This document shows positions 10,281-19,979 of a stretch of 64,000 bases of DNA, piece after piece (positions within the stretch are counted from its first letter, which is position 1; each line of letters begins with the position of its first letter). This DNA is from a phage. A program made the translations under genes and the position numbers. The stretch lies in the sequence record PZ445523.1. One strand, 5' to 3'. The notes under the pieces were generated by a model. The model had not been told where the DNA came from. It was given only the letters and a program-made list of their open reading frames with translations, and did not search any database.

Positions 10281-10823
10281 TTAATTCAAAATAGCTACCA
10301 CTGCACTACGAGGTACTACGCTAAAATCACCTGCATGAACAACGTTCAGAAGTTCAACACCATCTTCAATCCACTGGTCTGTTACCCAACCACAGACCGA
10401 AATAAATGGGGTCTTGATAGCTACAGCACGAGTCAAAAGGTCAGTAGGATCACATTCTTGGAAGAGGATAAGCTCTGCTTCAAAGACTATAGTTTTAATT
10501 ACTTCATCATTATCTAAGCGATGTGCTCGAATCACATAAGCTTTATTCTTATCATACCAATTACTTTTTGAAAAACTTTTAACTACAAACTCGCCTTCAC
10601 CAAAAACACTAGTCAATGCTTTATAACCCAAATCTAGTTCAGTAGTTTTAATTTCAGTTTCAACCAGTTTGTAGGTTTTGCCAATTTCGATGGTCCGAGC
10701 AGTCATAAATGTTTCCTTAATTTCTAATGGTTTAATAAGAGTGCCGTACATGCTTGCTATATCCATATCAAACAGCTTATCTGCAGGATTCGGTGTGTAT
10801 TCAGGATTATAATTAAATTTCAT
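10281..10823 (-). CDS. MotB paralog (180 aa)
   Basis: C-terminal ~35 aa (WVTDQWIEDGVELLNVVHAG...VPRS) align with MotB C-terminus. Confidence 0.55.
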   Translation of the reverse strand: MKFNYNPEYTPNPADKLFDMDIASMYGTLIKPLEIKETFMTARTIEIGKTYKLVETEIKTTELDLGYKALTSVFGEGEFVVKSFSKSNWYDKNKAYVIRAHRLDNDEVIKTIVFEAELILFQECDPTDLLTRAVAIKTPFISVCGWVTDQWIEDGVELLNVVHAGDFSVVPRSAVVAILN

Positions 10824-10825
10824 AA

Positions 10826-11338
10826 TTATCTCATTTCAATAAAATCTATAAGTTCAGCATGGGATTTACGGAACATTACTTGGTGTCCGCCAATGATAAC
10901 TTCATCTTCAGGAACTTCATAAATCGCAATGTACATTCCACGATCTTTTAAGTCTTCACGCTCTTCTCGGGTGAACCATCTCATCATATCATATTCACTA
11001 GCGAAAGCAAAATGATATAATGAAATAAGCCACAATGGAATATAATTTTCAAATTGTGAGTAATCTTTATTCCATTTAGTTTTAATAGCATCATTAGCAT
11101 TTTCAACTAATAACTTATCATCATGCGGAATAGGAATACTTTCATGACTTTCATAATTATCGCTATGATGATGAAATGATGATGAATTAATACCGCAAAA
11201 TTTTAGCCAAGTTCGAGTTTTCATAGAATCAAATCCACGATAAGGAGTTGATTGAACGCATAACTCTTGCCTAATTTTCATTATACCACTATCATCATTT
11301 AATGCACTAAACGATGATTCAACACGATAAATTTTCAT
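10826..11338 (-). CDS. hypothetical protein (170 aa from ATG at 11338)
   Basis: ORF track trimmed: upstream portion is translated early promoter. Confidence 0.5.
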   Translation of the reverse strand: MKIYRVESSFSALNDDSGIMKIRQELCVQSTPYRGFDSMKTRTWLKFCGINSSSFHHHSDNYESHESIPIPHDDKLLVENANDAIKTKWNKDYSQFENYIPLWLISLYHFAFASEYDMMRWFTREEREDLKDRGMYIAIYEVPEDEVIIGGHQVMFRKSHAELIDFIEMR

Positions 11339-11365
11339 TTTATTATCCTCAGTAGCTATGGTGTT

Positions 11366-11395
11366 ATAGTACCACAACTAACCGAGGAAGTAAAC
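11366..11395 (-). promoter_or_regulatory. T4-type early promoter
   Basis: atagta-N18-gtaaac. Confidence 0.6.
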
Positions 11396-11401
11396 AACTT
11401 T

Positions 11402-12085
11402 TTATCGTTTTGTTGGAATAGATAGAGGATCGCATTCTTCCTCTGATGGAGCGTCTTCAAGACCCATAGCATATCGCAAAGCATACTTCATCATCAGGAT
11501 GTCTTTTGCACAGTCATGAATAGAATCATGTGCAACGAATCCATCTAAAGTTCCCTTTGGAAGAGGACATGTGGTCATATCACGAACAAGCAGAAGTGCT
11601 TCAATTCTGGTACGAATATCACGCTGATTCCAGAATTTACATGGTTCTAACTTAAATGTGTCAAGCTCATTCTCAGATACACCGTTAAGGCGTTGAATAT
11701 CACGAATGAGATCGACTAAAATTGGAAAATCAAACGACATTCCACGGCACCAGCCTTGAGATTTCCAAGGATCGATATTATGTGCATTGATGTAATCATT
11801 AAATTTTACAATACCATCGATAGTGCTTACATCTTCATCGGATGGTGCAATATTTTTTCGAGCTTCAGGGGATTGATTCTTCCACCATTCGATAGTGCTT
11901 TTAGTAAAAAGACGATGTCCTTTTTGGCTTTTTAAATCAAATTTGATTTTAATGCCACGTGAAACTAATTCATCAAACGTTTCAACGACTTCTGGATTAG
12001 GGTCAAAAGCAATTACAGCCAAATCAATAACCGCTGCTTTTTCACCACTTCCCATTGTTTCAAAATCTATAATAAAATCAAACAT
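11402..12085 (-). CDS. dexA: exonuclease A (DexA), 227 aa
   Basis: 227-aa ORF recognised as T4 DexA; gene order. Confidence 0.8.
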   Translation of the reverse strand: MFDFIIDFETMGSGEKAAVIDLAVIAFDPNPEVVETFDELVSRGIKIKFDLKSQKGHRLFTKSTIEWWKNQSPEARKNIAPSDEDVSTIDGIVKFNDYINAHNIDPWKSQGWCRGMSFDFPILVDLIRDIQRLNGVSENELDTFKLEPCKFWNQRDIRTRIEALLLVRDMTTCPLPKGTLDGFVAHDSIHDCAKDILMMKYALRYAMGLEDAPSEEECDPLSIPTKR

Positions 12086-12327
12086 TAAATTTTCCTCGCT
12101 AAATCACGAATTTGACCTACAGTATAGTCTTGAATATAAACTTTATTAATAGGCTCATCAATAAATTTTGCCATAGATTCAATATCTTTTTGTATTTCTT
12201 CAAGACTGTATACTATCTTTGAAGCTTTTTCGCGAATAGTAATATTTTCAGGACCAGGATTTTCCTCAATGACAGCTTTAACATTTGTCATAAGAGATTT
12301 AAACTGATACCAACTCAATTCAATCAT
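12085..12327 (-). CDS. dexA.1-like small protein (80 aa)
   Basis: ORF track; ATGA overlap with dexA. Confidence 0.5.
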   Translation of the reverse strand: MIELSWYQFKSLMTNVKAVIEENPGPENITIREKASKIVYSLEEIQKDIESMAKFIDEPINKVYIQDYTVGQIRDLARKI

Positions 12328-12580
12328 TAATAATCGCCTTATAAAGATAGCTAATTTCGCCTAAAACATAATCATTGATTGTAACAGTTTTCACTTCACC
12401 ACAAAAGAATTCTAACGCAATTAAATCCCGTTCAATTTCTTCTAATTGAAGCATCAACTTACTAGATTCAATTTTTACAGTTTCACGATTTTTGCTATAA
12501 GCTATTTCATAAATTTCGCTTACTTTATCCTGAAGAAGATAAAACTGATCTTTAGTTATTTCCACGAATAGCTTCCTCAA
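12320..12580 (-). CDS. small protein paralogous to previous gene (86 aa)
   Basis: Similar residue pattern to 12085..12327; apparent TTG start, start uncertain. Confidence 0.4.
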   Translation of the reverse strand: MRKLFVEITKDQFYLLQDKVSEIYEIAYSKNRETVKIESSKLMLQLEEIERDLIALEFFCGEVKTVTINDYVLGEISYLYKAIIND

Positions 12581-12812
12581 ATTTAATCAGTAATTTACAA
12601 ACACTTTCATCTAATGTAATTACCGTATCTGTATTACTGTGATATGATTGTTTTTCAATTCGTTTAATTGCTAATATAGTATCACTTATAAGATAAAGCT
12701 TATGAAGGAGCTCAGCTCCTGTTACCATAACATTAAGATTATCTTGCTTATTAGTATGCTTCCTTATACCATCTATTAGACGATTTAAATATTTTGAATT
12801 GATGTTAATCAT
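12552..12812 (-). CDS. hypothetical protein (86 aa)
   Basis: ORF track; ATG. Confidence 0.45.
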   Translation of the reverse strand: MININSKYLNRLIDGIRKHTNKQDNLNVMVTGAELLHKLYLISDTILAIKRIEKQSYHSNTDTVITLDESVCKLLIKFEEAIRGNN

Positions 12813-12818
12813 ATATCC

Positions 12819-14138
12819 TCACACATAAAATACGTCATAACGACCACGGGTAACACCAACATAAAGAAGTTGTTGAGCCAATTCAGCATCTGCATAATGA
12901 ATACAAGGCGTATAAATGAAAGCACGGTCTACAGACATACCTTGCGCTTTATGGAATGTTGATGCAGGAAGTGCTTTCACTTTACTAAACTGTGATTTAG
13001 CATCCCAAAAATCACTCCATGGAGCTTTTCCGCCTTTATTCCAATTTTTATAAGTTTCTGCTGTTTTACCTAAAAATAGGTTAAACTTATATAATTCTTC
13101 ATCAGATGAAATTATTTTAATCTTTTCACGATAATATTCATCATCGCCGTAAGTTTCTACTGTTAAATCCCAATGACGAATTAAGTATTCTCCATGAACA
13201 CCACGAGCTTTAACAAACGTTGATGTATACTCTGCTTCTATAATACGAACTAATTGTCCGTTATTAAAAATAATTTCTGACACAGGCTTTCCATCAATTT
13301 TATATGTTTTAATTAATGGTTCCTGCATTACAATAATTTCACCGACAATAAAATCTTTATCAGTTTCAAAAATCTTTTTACGAATAATGCTATTTAACTT
13401 GTCAACAGATTTATTCGTAAATGCCATTACGCGATTTTCAAACAAATCATCTAGTGATTTTACGATTGAAAAATAATTTACCATAAAATCTCGTAAAGCG
13501 GTATCACCAGTAAATCCACGTACTCCATGCCCGTCAACAATTTTATCATAAATCCACTTACCGTTACGAACGTCAGTAGCTACATCAATAATAGGAGCAT
13601 TACTGCGTTTAACTTCAGTGAGTTCACACTGATAAAAATCTTTATGTGTAAAGAATGGACTGATATAAGCAGTATTTTCTCCTGGGTCAACAGGTCTAAT
13701 TTGCTTATTATCACCTATTCCAATTATAGTACACCACGGCGGAATAGTTGAAAGCAGAATTTTAAATAGCTTTCTATCATACATTGACACTTCGTCGCAG
13801 ATTAATACCCTGCATTTAGCTAAATCTGGTACTTCCTTCTGCTCAAAGAGGACATTTTCTTCATATGTTACTGGGTTAATTTTAAGAATACTATGAATAG
13901 TACTCGCTTCTTTCCCTGATAGTTTTGAAAGAATCTTTTTAGCCGCATGCGTAGGAGCTGCTAAAATAATACCAGTTTCACCCGTAGATATTAGAGCTTC
14001 AATGATGAATTTAGTAAGAGTAGTCTTACCGGTACCAGCAGGTCCATTAATAGTTACATGATGTTTCTTTTCTTTAATAGCCTTCATAACAATGTTAAAG
14101 GCATTTTTCTGGCCTTCGGTCAAATCATCAAATGTCAT
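12819..14138 (-). CDS. dda: Dda DNA helicase (SF1), 439 aa
   Basis: Walker A GPAGTGKT; 439-aa ORF recognised as T4 Dda. Confidence 0.9.
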   Translation of the reverse strand: MTFDDLTEGQKNAFNIVMKAIKEKKHHVTINGPAGTGKTTLTKFIIEALISTGETGIILAAPTHAAKKILSKLSGKEASTIHSILKINPVTYEENVLFEQKEVPDLAKCRVLICDEVSMYDRKLFKILLSTIPPWCTIIGIGDNKQIRPVDPGENTAYISPFFTHKDFYQCELTEVKRSNAPIIDVATDVRNGKWIYDKIVDGHGVRGFTGDTALRDFMVNYFSIVKSLDDLFENRVMAFTNKSVDKLNSIIRKKIFETDKDFIVGEIIVMQEPLIKTYKIDGKPVSEIIFNNGQLVRIIEAEYTSTFVKARGVHGEYLIRHWDLTVETYGDDEYYREKIKIISSDEELYKFNLFLGKTAETYKNWNKGGKAPWSDFWDAKSQFSKVKALPASTFHKAQGMSVDRAFIYTPCIHYADAELAQQLLYVGVTRGRYDVFYV

Positions 14139-14446
14139 CGTAAATTCCCTGCAATTGGTATACTAACAATACGCCCAGTATCTAAAATTCGCCGATATAG
14201 TCTTTGTGTGTCTACATCAGGCTTAACATGTTTAACTTCTATTTTATTAAACCAAAATTTACGTGGAGTCTCAACTAATCTTGGAATTCCCTTACCTAAA
14301 GCTAGTCGATACTGCTCTTTAAGAGTAGTAAATACTTTATCAGCAATCTTCCATTCAAAAAATACAGCAGGACGATGTTCATCAAGCGGAACTGGCGCTA
14401 TAAATCCGTCTTTGTCTCGGTAAACTATCGCATATACATAAACCAT
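14135..14446 (-). CDS. dda.1-like hypothetical protein (103 aa)
   Basis: ORF track; ATGA overlap. Confidence 0.5.
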   Translation of the reverse strand: MVYVYAIVYRDKDGFIAPVPLDEHRPAVFFEWKIADKVFTTLKEQYRLALGKGIPRLVETPRKFWFNKIEVKHVKPDVDTQRLYRRILDTGRIVSIPIAGNLR

Positions 14447-14447
14447 A

Positions 14448-15194
14448 TTATCCTCGGATAAGTTTAAAAATTGAACAATTTAGCGGATATCCTCTTTTCA
14501 GTTTAAGTTTATCAATAAAAGACAAGTTTTGATACCGCTCTACACCTTGAATAATTTTATCACACATATCATATTGCATTTCTGCTTCTGACAACTTTTT
14601 CACAATTTTCCAATCCGAGCCTTTAAGAAGAACGTTCAATTTAACAACTTCAGCGCCTTCTGCTATGCGAGAACCATCAATACGAGCTTTAAGTGCTATA
14701 ATTCTTAGCTTAATGTCAGAGGTCTGTTTTGATTTAGAAAGCTGAGAAATGTGTTCAATTCGGTTTTCACGTTTTTTCTGTATAGCTTTAATTTGATTAT
14801 AAGTCTTTTTGATTTTAGCCCATTTCTTTTCATCTAAATTTAGTTTATGAACTTTTTTCGCAGATGAACGACCAATTCGCAAAGCAAATAAATCACGCTT
14901 TTCAATCAACTCTTCTAAAGTATAATCAGAACGAAATGTATTATACTTTTTCTTTACTGCAATAACATTCCCTTTAATGTATCCAACGTTATTATCAAAA
15001 CGTTCTAATGATAATTTCTCTCCTTCAATACGATTATCAAAAGGTTCTCCCGAGTAAGCACAAACTTTTTGATCTAAAATGTTCTTAATGTAATTGAAGT
15101 CTAAGTTAAAATCTTTAGAACGTCTTTTTGCAGATGCCTGAGTATGCTCTAGACGACGTTTAATTTTACGAATTTGGTTATTAGACAGTTTCAT
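14448..15194 (-). CDS. srd: Srd-position protein (248 aa), basic; contains a degenerate HNH-like segment
   Basis: Position between dda.1 and modA and size match T4 srd; segment CAYSGEPF...LERFDNNVGYIKGNVIAV looks HNH-derived; identity not verified. Confidence 0.45.
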   Translation of the reverse strand: MKLSNNQIRKIKRRLEHTQASAKRRSKDFNLDFNYIKNILDQKVCAYSGEPFDNRIEGEKLSLERFDNNVGYIKGNVIAVKKKYNTFRSDYTLEELIEKRDLFALRIGRSSAKKVHKLNLDEKKWAKIKKTYNQIKAIQKKRENRIEHISQLSKSKQTSDIKLRIIALKARIDGSRIAEGAEVVKLNVLLKGSDWKIVKKLSEAEMQYDMCDKIIQGVERYQNLSFIDKLKLKRGYPLNCSIFKLIRG

Positions 15195-15230
15195 ATTTTT
15201 CTCACATCTTACGGACGGTTAACTACTTAT

Positions 15231-15260
15231 ACTATAACATTTTTACTTTAACTTGTAAAC
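15231..15260 (-). promoter_or_regulatory. T4-type early promoter (TATAGT -10)
   Basis: actata-N18-gtaaac. Confidence 0.55.
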
Positions 15261-15317
15261 AACTTTATGTAAAAATGCTTTAAAACTTTCATGGTATAAT
15301 GAATCTAAGTCCTTCCA

Positions 15318-15920
15318 TTATAGATTAAATCCTTCAAAATCAAGAGTATAGATAGTGTATGTTGAATACTTTTTGTACTCATATCTATCTGCAATTCTAA
15401 ATACACTTCCAGCCGGTATCATTACTTCTTGTTCATCTGAAACTAATTCCATATTACGATAACGATGGCTATCCGGAAACTTAAAGTTTGGATTGTATTC
15501 TTTACAGCGTAGAGCTTTTATAGCATACTCCTGGAAATTGAATACCATAGGAGCTTTGAATTCAAAAATAACTTGTGTGTTATACTCTAAACCGGAAGCA
15601 AAATGTAGAGCTATATTTTTATCATATGAAGCTGATACTACTTTATCAAATGTAATAATATCAATTCCTTGATTTAATACTTGTTTAGTCTCAGCTGGAA
15701 CACCTCTCCAAAGAGGTTTATCGTTTGGAACCAAACGAGATTTGATTATTTCATTTAACCAAGTATGGTCATCTGGTTTATTAGTAATACAATGAATTAA
15801 AAGTTCAATTTCAGATAAATTAAACCCTTCAGAAAGTAATTCTTCACGAATAGAAGCACGCACCGATGCATCCATTGATTTTATTTTAAAATCTTTTAGT
15901 TGCATTACTGAGTATTTCAT
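15318..15920 (-). CDS. modA: ADP-ribosyltransferase ModA, 200 aa
   Basis: 200-aa ORF; length, order (modB-modA, ATGA overlap) and sequence recognised. Confidence 0.75.
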   Translation of the reverse strand: MKYSVMQLKDFKIKSMDASVRASIREELLSEGFNLSEIELLIHCITNKPDDHTWLNEIIKSRLVPNDKPLWRGVPAETKQVLNQGIDIITFDKVVSASYDKNIALHFASGLEYNTQVIFEFKAPMVFNFQEYAIKALRCKEYNPNFKFPDSHRYRNMELVSDEQEVMIPAGSVFRIADRYEYKKYSTYTIYTLDFEGFNL

Positions 15921-16540
15921 TCAACTACCTCAATATCATAAACTTTAAATGTTCCAAATGAATCGTGTAATTTTTCTTTTGAAATAGAAGTTATTCTATA
16001 CTTTCCAATTGGAATCATCCATTCTTGTTCACGCACAATCATCATTAAGTTATCAGTACGCTCTGAATCTAGTCCATCAGTATCTTCATACGTGTACTTA
16101 AACTCAGTATTAGGAGAAGAAAGTATAATATCGCTGATATGGTCAGAATAATTAAAAGCTTTATCAGTTTTTAAACGAAGTATTATTTTAGTAAAATATT
16201 CAGCATAAGAAAAAGAACATGCTGTGAGCAAACTAGTAGTAAATGAATCTACTCTGTTCGTTGAAAACACTTCTCCAACTTGTAAATCTTTAATAAGTTC
16301 TTTTGTCGATTTTGATATACCACGATATAACTGATATGGTGATTTAGTTAAATGCTTTTTAACGATTTTATTCAACTGCCGATGAAGAGCTTCATTCTTT
16401 TTGGCTTCCATACATTGCCAAAGAATTGACTGCTCAAAGTCAGTAAATTTTTCACAGACCTTTTTATACATATCATATTGAAAATCAACGCTTTCAGCTT
16501 TTATAGATAACTGTTCAACATCTGCAAGATTAATAATCAT
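15917..16540 (-). CDS. modB: ADP-ribosyltransferase ModB, 207 aa
   Basis: 207-aa ORF upstream of modA; GGAGG SD. Confidence 0.75.
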   Translation of the reverse strand: MIINLADVEQLSIKAESVDFQYDMYKKVCEKFTDFEQSILWQCMEAKKNEALHRQLNKIVKKHLTKSPYQLYRGISKSTKELIKDLQVGEVFSTNRVDSFTTSLLTACSFSYAEYFTKIILRLKTDKAFNYSDHISDIILSSPNTEFKYTYEDTDGLDSERTDNLMMIVREQEWMIPIGKYRITSISKEKLHDSFGTFKVYDIEVVE

Positions 16541-16566
16541 GATAGCCTCCGTATACTTCAGAAGCT

Positions 16567-16596
16567 ATCATATCATCGTTAGAAAGGAAAGTAAAC
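16567..16596 (-). promoter_or_regulatory. T4-type early promoter
   Basis: atcata-N18-gtaaac. Confidence 0.5.
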
Positions 16597-16607
16597 AACT
16601 TTTTGAA

Positions 16608-16790
16608 TTATTTTGCCCAGGGAGCCCAGGGCGGAGGGTCAAGATGGTATGAAGCTAGTTCTTCTAGAAGAGCATCTGGGGCTTCAATTCCATAATTCTG
16701 TAATATTATACGGTACTCTTTCTTATAATCACTAGAATCATTCTGGATATTCGTAGAATGATTATCTTCTAACATCTCAAATAAATCCAT
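16608..16790 (-). CDS. hypothetical protein (60 aa)
   Basis: ORF track; ATG. Confidence 0.4.
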   Translation of the reverse strand: MDLFEMLEDNHSTNIQNDSSDYKKEYRIILQNYGIEAPDALLEELASYHLDPPPWAPWAK

Positions 16791-16798
16791 ATTAATTC

Positions 16799-17269
16799 CT
16801 AGCGATAAAAACCAAATTGACGATTAGCTTCAATAATCTTTCTTTCTTCTTCGGACATTCTCCAGCGTAGTCCAACGTCAAAATGAGCCCAGACCATCTT
16901 AACAAATGCATTTATATCTTTAATATCTTCAATAATGAATGTTTTACTTTTCGAAGGTTGACTCGCTAATTTAACTTTATCATCTTCAAACAGGTCAAAA
17001 AGACCGTATTCATAAGCTCTTTTATAGCCTTTAATAGTTAAAGCCTCAGAAGAAGAAAACGGTGAATCGGTATTATGCAAAATATCTTCAGTATGCTTTA
17101 TAATTAGAATAACATTTTCTGGATATTTTCTTTCTTTTATATCTTCAATTAAAAAATCCGGATTTTCTGCTAAAGGAATAATTAATGAGCATTTTTTACC
17201 AAGAGTATTTACTGATTTATCTTCTTTAGACATGAATTCTACTGAATAATGTTTTGCTACTTCAATCAT
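16799..17269 (-). CDS. hypothetical protein (156 aa)
   Basis: ORF track; ATG. Confidence 0.5.
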   Translation of the reverse strand: MIEVAKHYSVEFMSKEDKSVNTLGKKCSLIIPLAENPDFLIEDIKERKYPENVILIIKHTEDILHNTDSPFSSSEALTIKGYKRAYEYGLFDLFEDDKVKLASQPSKSKTFIIEDIKDINAFVKMVWAHFDVGLRWRMSEEERKIIEANRQFGFYR

Positions 17270-17412
17270 GTGATTTCCTTTTGCCTACTAATGGACCATC
17301 GGGAATTTTGTTTTCCTGGATATATTTCTCATTTTCTTCCATCATTTTACTGCCGATTTTAAGAAGCAAATCCAGTGCTTCATTTGCTTTTGCTTTAGCC
17401 TCATATCTTTGT

Positions 17413-17616
17413 TCATGATTTATCACCATAGATGTCTCTCATCAATTTAAGCGCTGAGCGTTCTAATTTCTTTTCTTTCTCAGCACTAATCATTGATTTC
17501 ATCCATTCTTCCGATTCGTTCTGCATTTCTTTATTTGCTTGTTCAACCCAACCATCATCAATATACATTGAGTTTGGTCTATTGAACCATTCAAGAATCT
17601 TCTTGAGAGCTTTCAT
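17413..17616 (-). CDS. hypothetical protein (67 aa)
   Basis: ORF track; ATG. Confidence 0.4.
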   Translation of the reverse strand: MKALKKILEWFNRPNSMYIDDGWVEQANKEMQNESEEWMKSMISAEKEKKLERSALKLMRDIYGDKS

Positions 17617-18076
17617 TTATTTTACCTAAAACAATAGTAGGAGCATCGTCAAATTTATGAATTTTTAGCAAATTTGGATTTAAATTATTCCATAAAGAGG
17701 TAATAAAATATGATAGCGCACTTTCGTCCGTAATTATAAATTTATTTCCTTTATCTATTTTCCAATCATATATTGAATCATATGAATAGAAGGATAACGG
17801 TTTATTATTATAATATGCTTCAGCAACATCAATATAGTTAGATTTAGTAAATGCTTGAATTGCCATAAATGGAGAATTTTGTACAGTTTCAATAATTCCG
17901 ATCTTTTTAAGTTTTATTTCAACATCTTCTGGAATTGGCATTGAAATAAAATCTTCTACTAGATACATGTTATTGTCATATCTTTTATCAATCATTACTG
18001 CTACGGTAATTGGAACATCCTTGACAAACGCCATACTAATACTATTGATAGACATTTCAAACAAAATTGCTTCCAT
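17591..18076 (-). CDS. mrh: Mrh-like protein (161 aa from ATG at 18076)
   Basis: Trimmed to ATG gives 161 aa, matching T4 mrh size and position upstream of soc; not verified. Confidence 0.45.
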   Translation of the reverse strand: MEAILFEMSINSISMAFVKDVPITVAVMIDKRYDNNMYLVEDFISMPIPEDVEIKLKKIGIIETVQNSPFMAIQAFTKSNYIDVAEAYYNNKPLSFYSYDSIYDWKIDKGNKFIITDESALSYFITSLWNNLNPNLLKIHKFDDAPTIVLGKINESSQEDS

Positions 18077-18084
18077 AATTTTCC

Positions 18085-18417
18085 TCAATCACAAGATGTA
18101 GATGAACAACTAGAATCACAAGAACTTCCACATGAATCACCTGCCCATACATGAACAGGAACATTAGTGTCATATGAATCAGAACTAGATTGTGCATTAG
18201 ATGATGTAGTAGGTGTTGACCAGCGCCAAGGATTTTTATAATATTCTTGGGCTTCTTCATAAGTCATAGTGACTGCTTCTACTGTTCCATCTCCCATATA
18301 AACATATTCAACTACAGTTAAAGGAAGGTAATCGTTTGAAATAGGAACTACACCTTCTCCAGGAGTCGTAGAGAAAAAATCCGTAAAGAAACTTTTAAAC
18401 CAATTAAAGATAAACAT
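18085..18417 (-). CDS. hypothetical protein with Cys/Ser-rich C-terminal tail (110 aa)
   Basis: ORF track; C-terminus [18 protein letters not shown]. Confidence 0.45.
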   Translation of the reverse strand: MFIFNWFKSFFTDFFSTTPGEGVVPISNDYLPLTVVEYVYMGDGTVEAVTMTYEEAQEYYKNPWRWSTPTTSSNAQSSSDSYDTNVPVHVWAGDSCGSSCDSSCSSTSCD

Positions 18418-18623
18418 TACAAAAAGCCTCTCTTAAATTCGACTTGTTTATCGCCATAATCATATCGAATCTCTGCATTAAATTCGACAGAGCCATCTGC
18501 GTACATCATAAATGAATGCACAACAACTTCTGTAGACCATGGTTGTAGTTCATATTTCTTCATTACGTGTCGTGAAATGATAATATCTAAATCTTCATTT
18601 GGTTTAATCCAACGATTTAACAT
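18417..18623 (-). CDS. hypothetical protein (68 aa)
   Basis: ORF track; ATG directly downstream of early promoter. Confidence 0.45.
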   Translation of the reverse strand: MLNRWIKPNEDLDIIISRHVMKKYELQPWSTEVVVHSFMMYADGSVEFNAEIRYDYGDKQVEFKRGFL

Positions 18624-18649
18624 AGTGCTCTCCTCTATAAGATAATTCT

Positions 18650-18679
18650 ATTATACCATACTCATTTTGGAAAGTAAAC
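18650..18679 (-). promoter_or_regulatory. T4-type early promoter
   Basis: attata-N18-gtaaac, immediately after soc terminator. Confidence 0.6.
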
Positions 18680-18692
18680 CATTTAAATGAAA

Positions 18693-18714
18693 AAGGACTC
18701 CCGAAGGAGTCCTT
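18693..18714 (-). terminator. intrinsic terminator after soc (AGGACUCC-CGAA-GGAGUCCU stem-loop, UUCG loop on transcript)
   Basis: perfect 8-bp stem, tetraloop, U-rich tract on transcript. Confidence 0.65.
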
Positions 18715-18718
18715 AAAT

Positions 18719-18964
18719 TTATTCACCAGTTACTTTCCACAAATCTTCATTTGCAGCAATCCATGCAGCACGTTGATTTTCTTCATATACTGTAGAATAT
18801 GCTGCTTTTTCTGAAGGGAATGTCTGGTAATGAGCACCAGAAATTTTGTGAACGTCAGAATAAAGAGGGAAAGCTACGGAAATTTCCTTTCCTTCAATTT
18901 TCTTATTTCCATCTAATTTCTGCTCAAATGTTTTGATATTAACATAACCGCGAGTACTAGCCAT
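18719..18964 (-). CDS. soc: small outer capsid protein Soc (81 codons)
   Basis: MASTRGYVNIKTFEQKLDG... recognised as T4 Soc; late promoter TATAAATA upstream. Confidence 0.85.
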   Translation of the reverse strand: MASTRGYVNIKTFEQKLDGNKKIEGKEISVAFPLYSDVHKISGAHYQTFPSEKAAYSTVYEENQRAAWIAANEDLWKVTGE

Positions 18965-18980
18965 GTAATTCTCCTTTTAT

Positions 18981-19190
18981 TTAAATTACATGATTATTTA
19001 TAATAAATTCTCGCGGAACGTTAAAATACCCAATTTTAGTTAATATAACAACATCGCCGTTAATAATTACCGGAGAATAATCGGCTGGAGCATTAAATTT
19101 CCAATGGGCTCTAATATTATATCCATCAGAACCAAATGCTCGACTAGCCGGTCTCCCGGCTTTTTGCCATGCATAAAAATCAAATTTCAT
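18981..19190 (-). CDS. hypothetical protein (69 aa)
   Basis: ORF track; ATG. Confidence 0.45.
   Translation of the reverse strand: MKFDFYAWQKAGRPASRAFGSDGYNIRAHWKFNAPADYSPVIINGDVVILTKIGYFNVPREFIINNHVI
18996..19003 (-). promoter_or_regulatory. late promoter (TATAAATA) for soc
   Basis: tatttata on plus strand about 30 nt upstream of soc ATG. Confidence 0.6.
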
Positions 19191-19390
19191 TTTGAATGCT
19201 CTATAATTAATTTTAAGGCTTCTTCACGCACCAACTTGTCTAATGGTATATGCCCAGTTTTAATTATGTAAGCTTTGTGGAGCTGATTAGATAAGAGCTC
19301 ACATACGAGCTCCTTGTCATAATCTTTAAATAGCTGGTCAATACGTTTCTTGCGGGCTTTCTTGAGCTGGCGTTTATTTAAACGAGCCAT
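19187..19390 (-). CDS. hypothetical basic protein (67 aa)
   Basis: ORF track; ATGA overlaps. Confidence 0.45.
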   Translation of the reverse strand: MARLNKRQLKKARKKRIDQLFKDYDKELVCELLSNQLHKAYIIKTGHIPLDKLVREEALKLIIEHSK

Positions 19391-19908
19391 TAATAACCTC
19401 GGTCTTGACGAGCGAAATTTTCAGCATTTTTCAGATAATAAAGTTTAAAGATTTCTTCAGCTGACATTCCAAGAGCAATAAATTTATTCATGAAAAAGTG
19501 AAATTGGTCAATCAGTTCAAATTTAATTTCAAGCTGATCTTCGGGAGATAAATCTTGAATTTTCTTGGATTGCATTTCAGAATAACGTTTCTTCCAAGGT
19601 TTCCATACAGCAGAAGCTTCTTTTTCACCATTACTCATACCACCAAGAGAAGTATATAGCTCGCGAGTTTCGTCTGCGATATAATCGTCTTGGTTTCGCA
19701 GCCAAGCAAGAACTTCTCCTGCGGTTTCAAGTGAATCAGGATGACGATTTGTTTCTGGCTTATCATTAGCCAAACGAATCTGTAAAGACCGCTGCATATC
19801 AAGCATAACCTGCAATGGGTCTTTTTCATCACCGAGAATATCCCAGTATTCATTTTGAGCTTTATCAACACCTTCGATCAAATGAGCACATTCATTAAAG
19901 TGAGCCAT
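19390..19908 (-). CDS. 56: dCTPase/dUTPase gp56 (172 codons from ATG at 19908)
   Basis: ORF track trimmed to MAHFNECAHLIEGVDKAQNEYW..., recognised as T4 gp56; AAAGGAAAA SD. Confidence 0.8.
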   Translation of the reverse strand: MAHFNECAHLIEGVDKAQNEYWDILGDEKDPLQVMLDMQRSLQIRLANDKPETNRHPDSLETAGEVLAWLRNQDDYIADETRELYTSLGGMSNGEKEASAVWKPWKKRYSEMQSKKIQDLSPEDQLEIKFELIDQFHFFMNKFIALGMSAEEIFKLYYLKNAENFARQDRGY

Positions 19909-19942
19909 TATTTTTCCTTTCAATTCATGGGTTAGTAGATTA

Positions 19943-19966
19943 ATTATACAATAAATATATAAAGCA
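19943..19966 (-). promoter_or_regulatory. MotA-dependent middle promoter (TGCTTTA box, 11 nt, TATAAT) for gene 56
   Basis: plus strand attata...taaagca. Confidence 0.5.
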
Positions 19967-19979
19967 ATAAGGAGGACAT

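Noticed and set aside
14448-15194. The srd-position gene as an active HNH homing endonuclease
   Set aside because: The HNH-like segment lacks the catalytic histidines and the gene sits at the conserved srd position; left as srd-like with a note
18057-18260. Histidine/leucine-rich 67-aa ORF overlapping 18085..18417
   Set aside because: Alternative-frame ORF over a gene with a better start context; composition is a frame artefact
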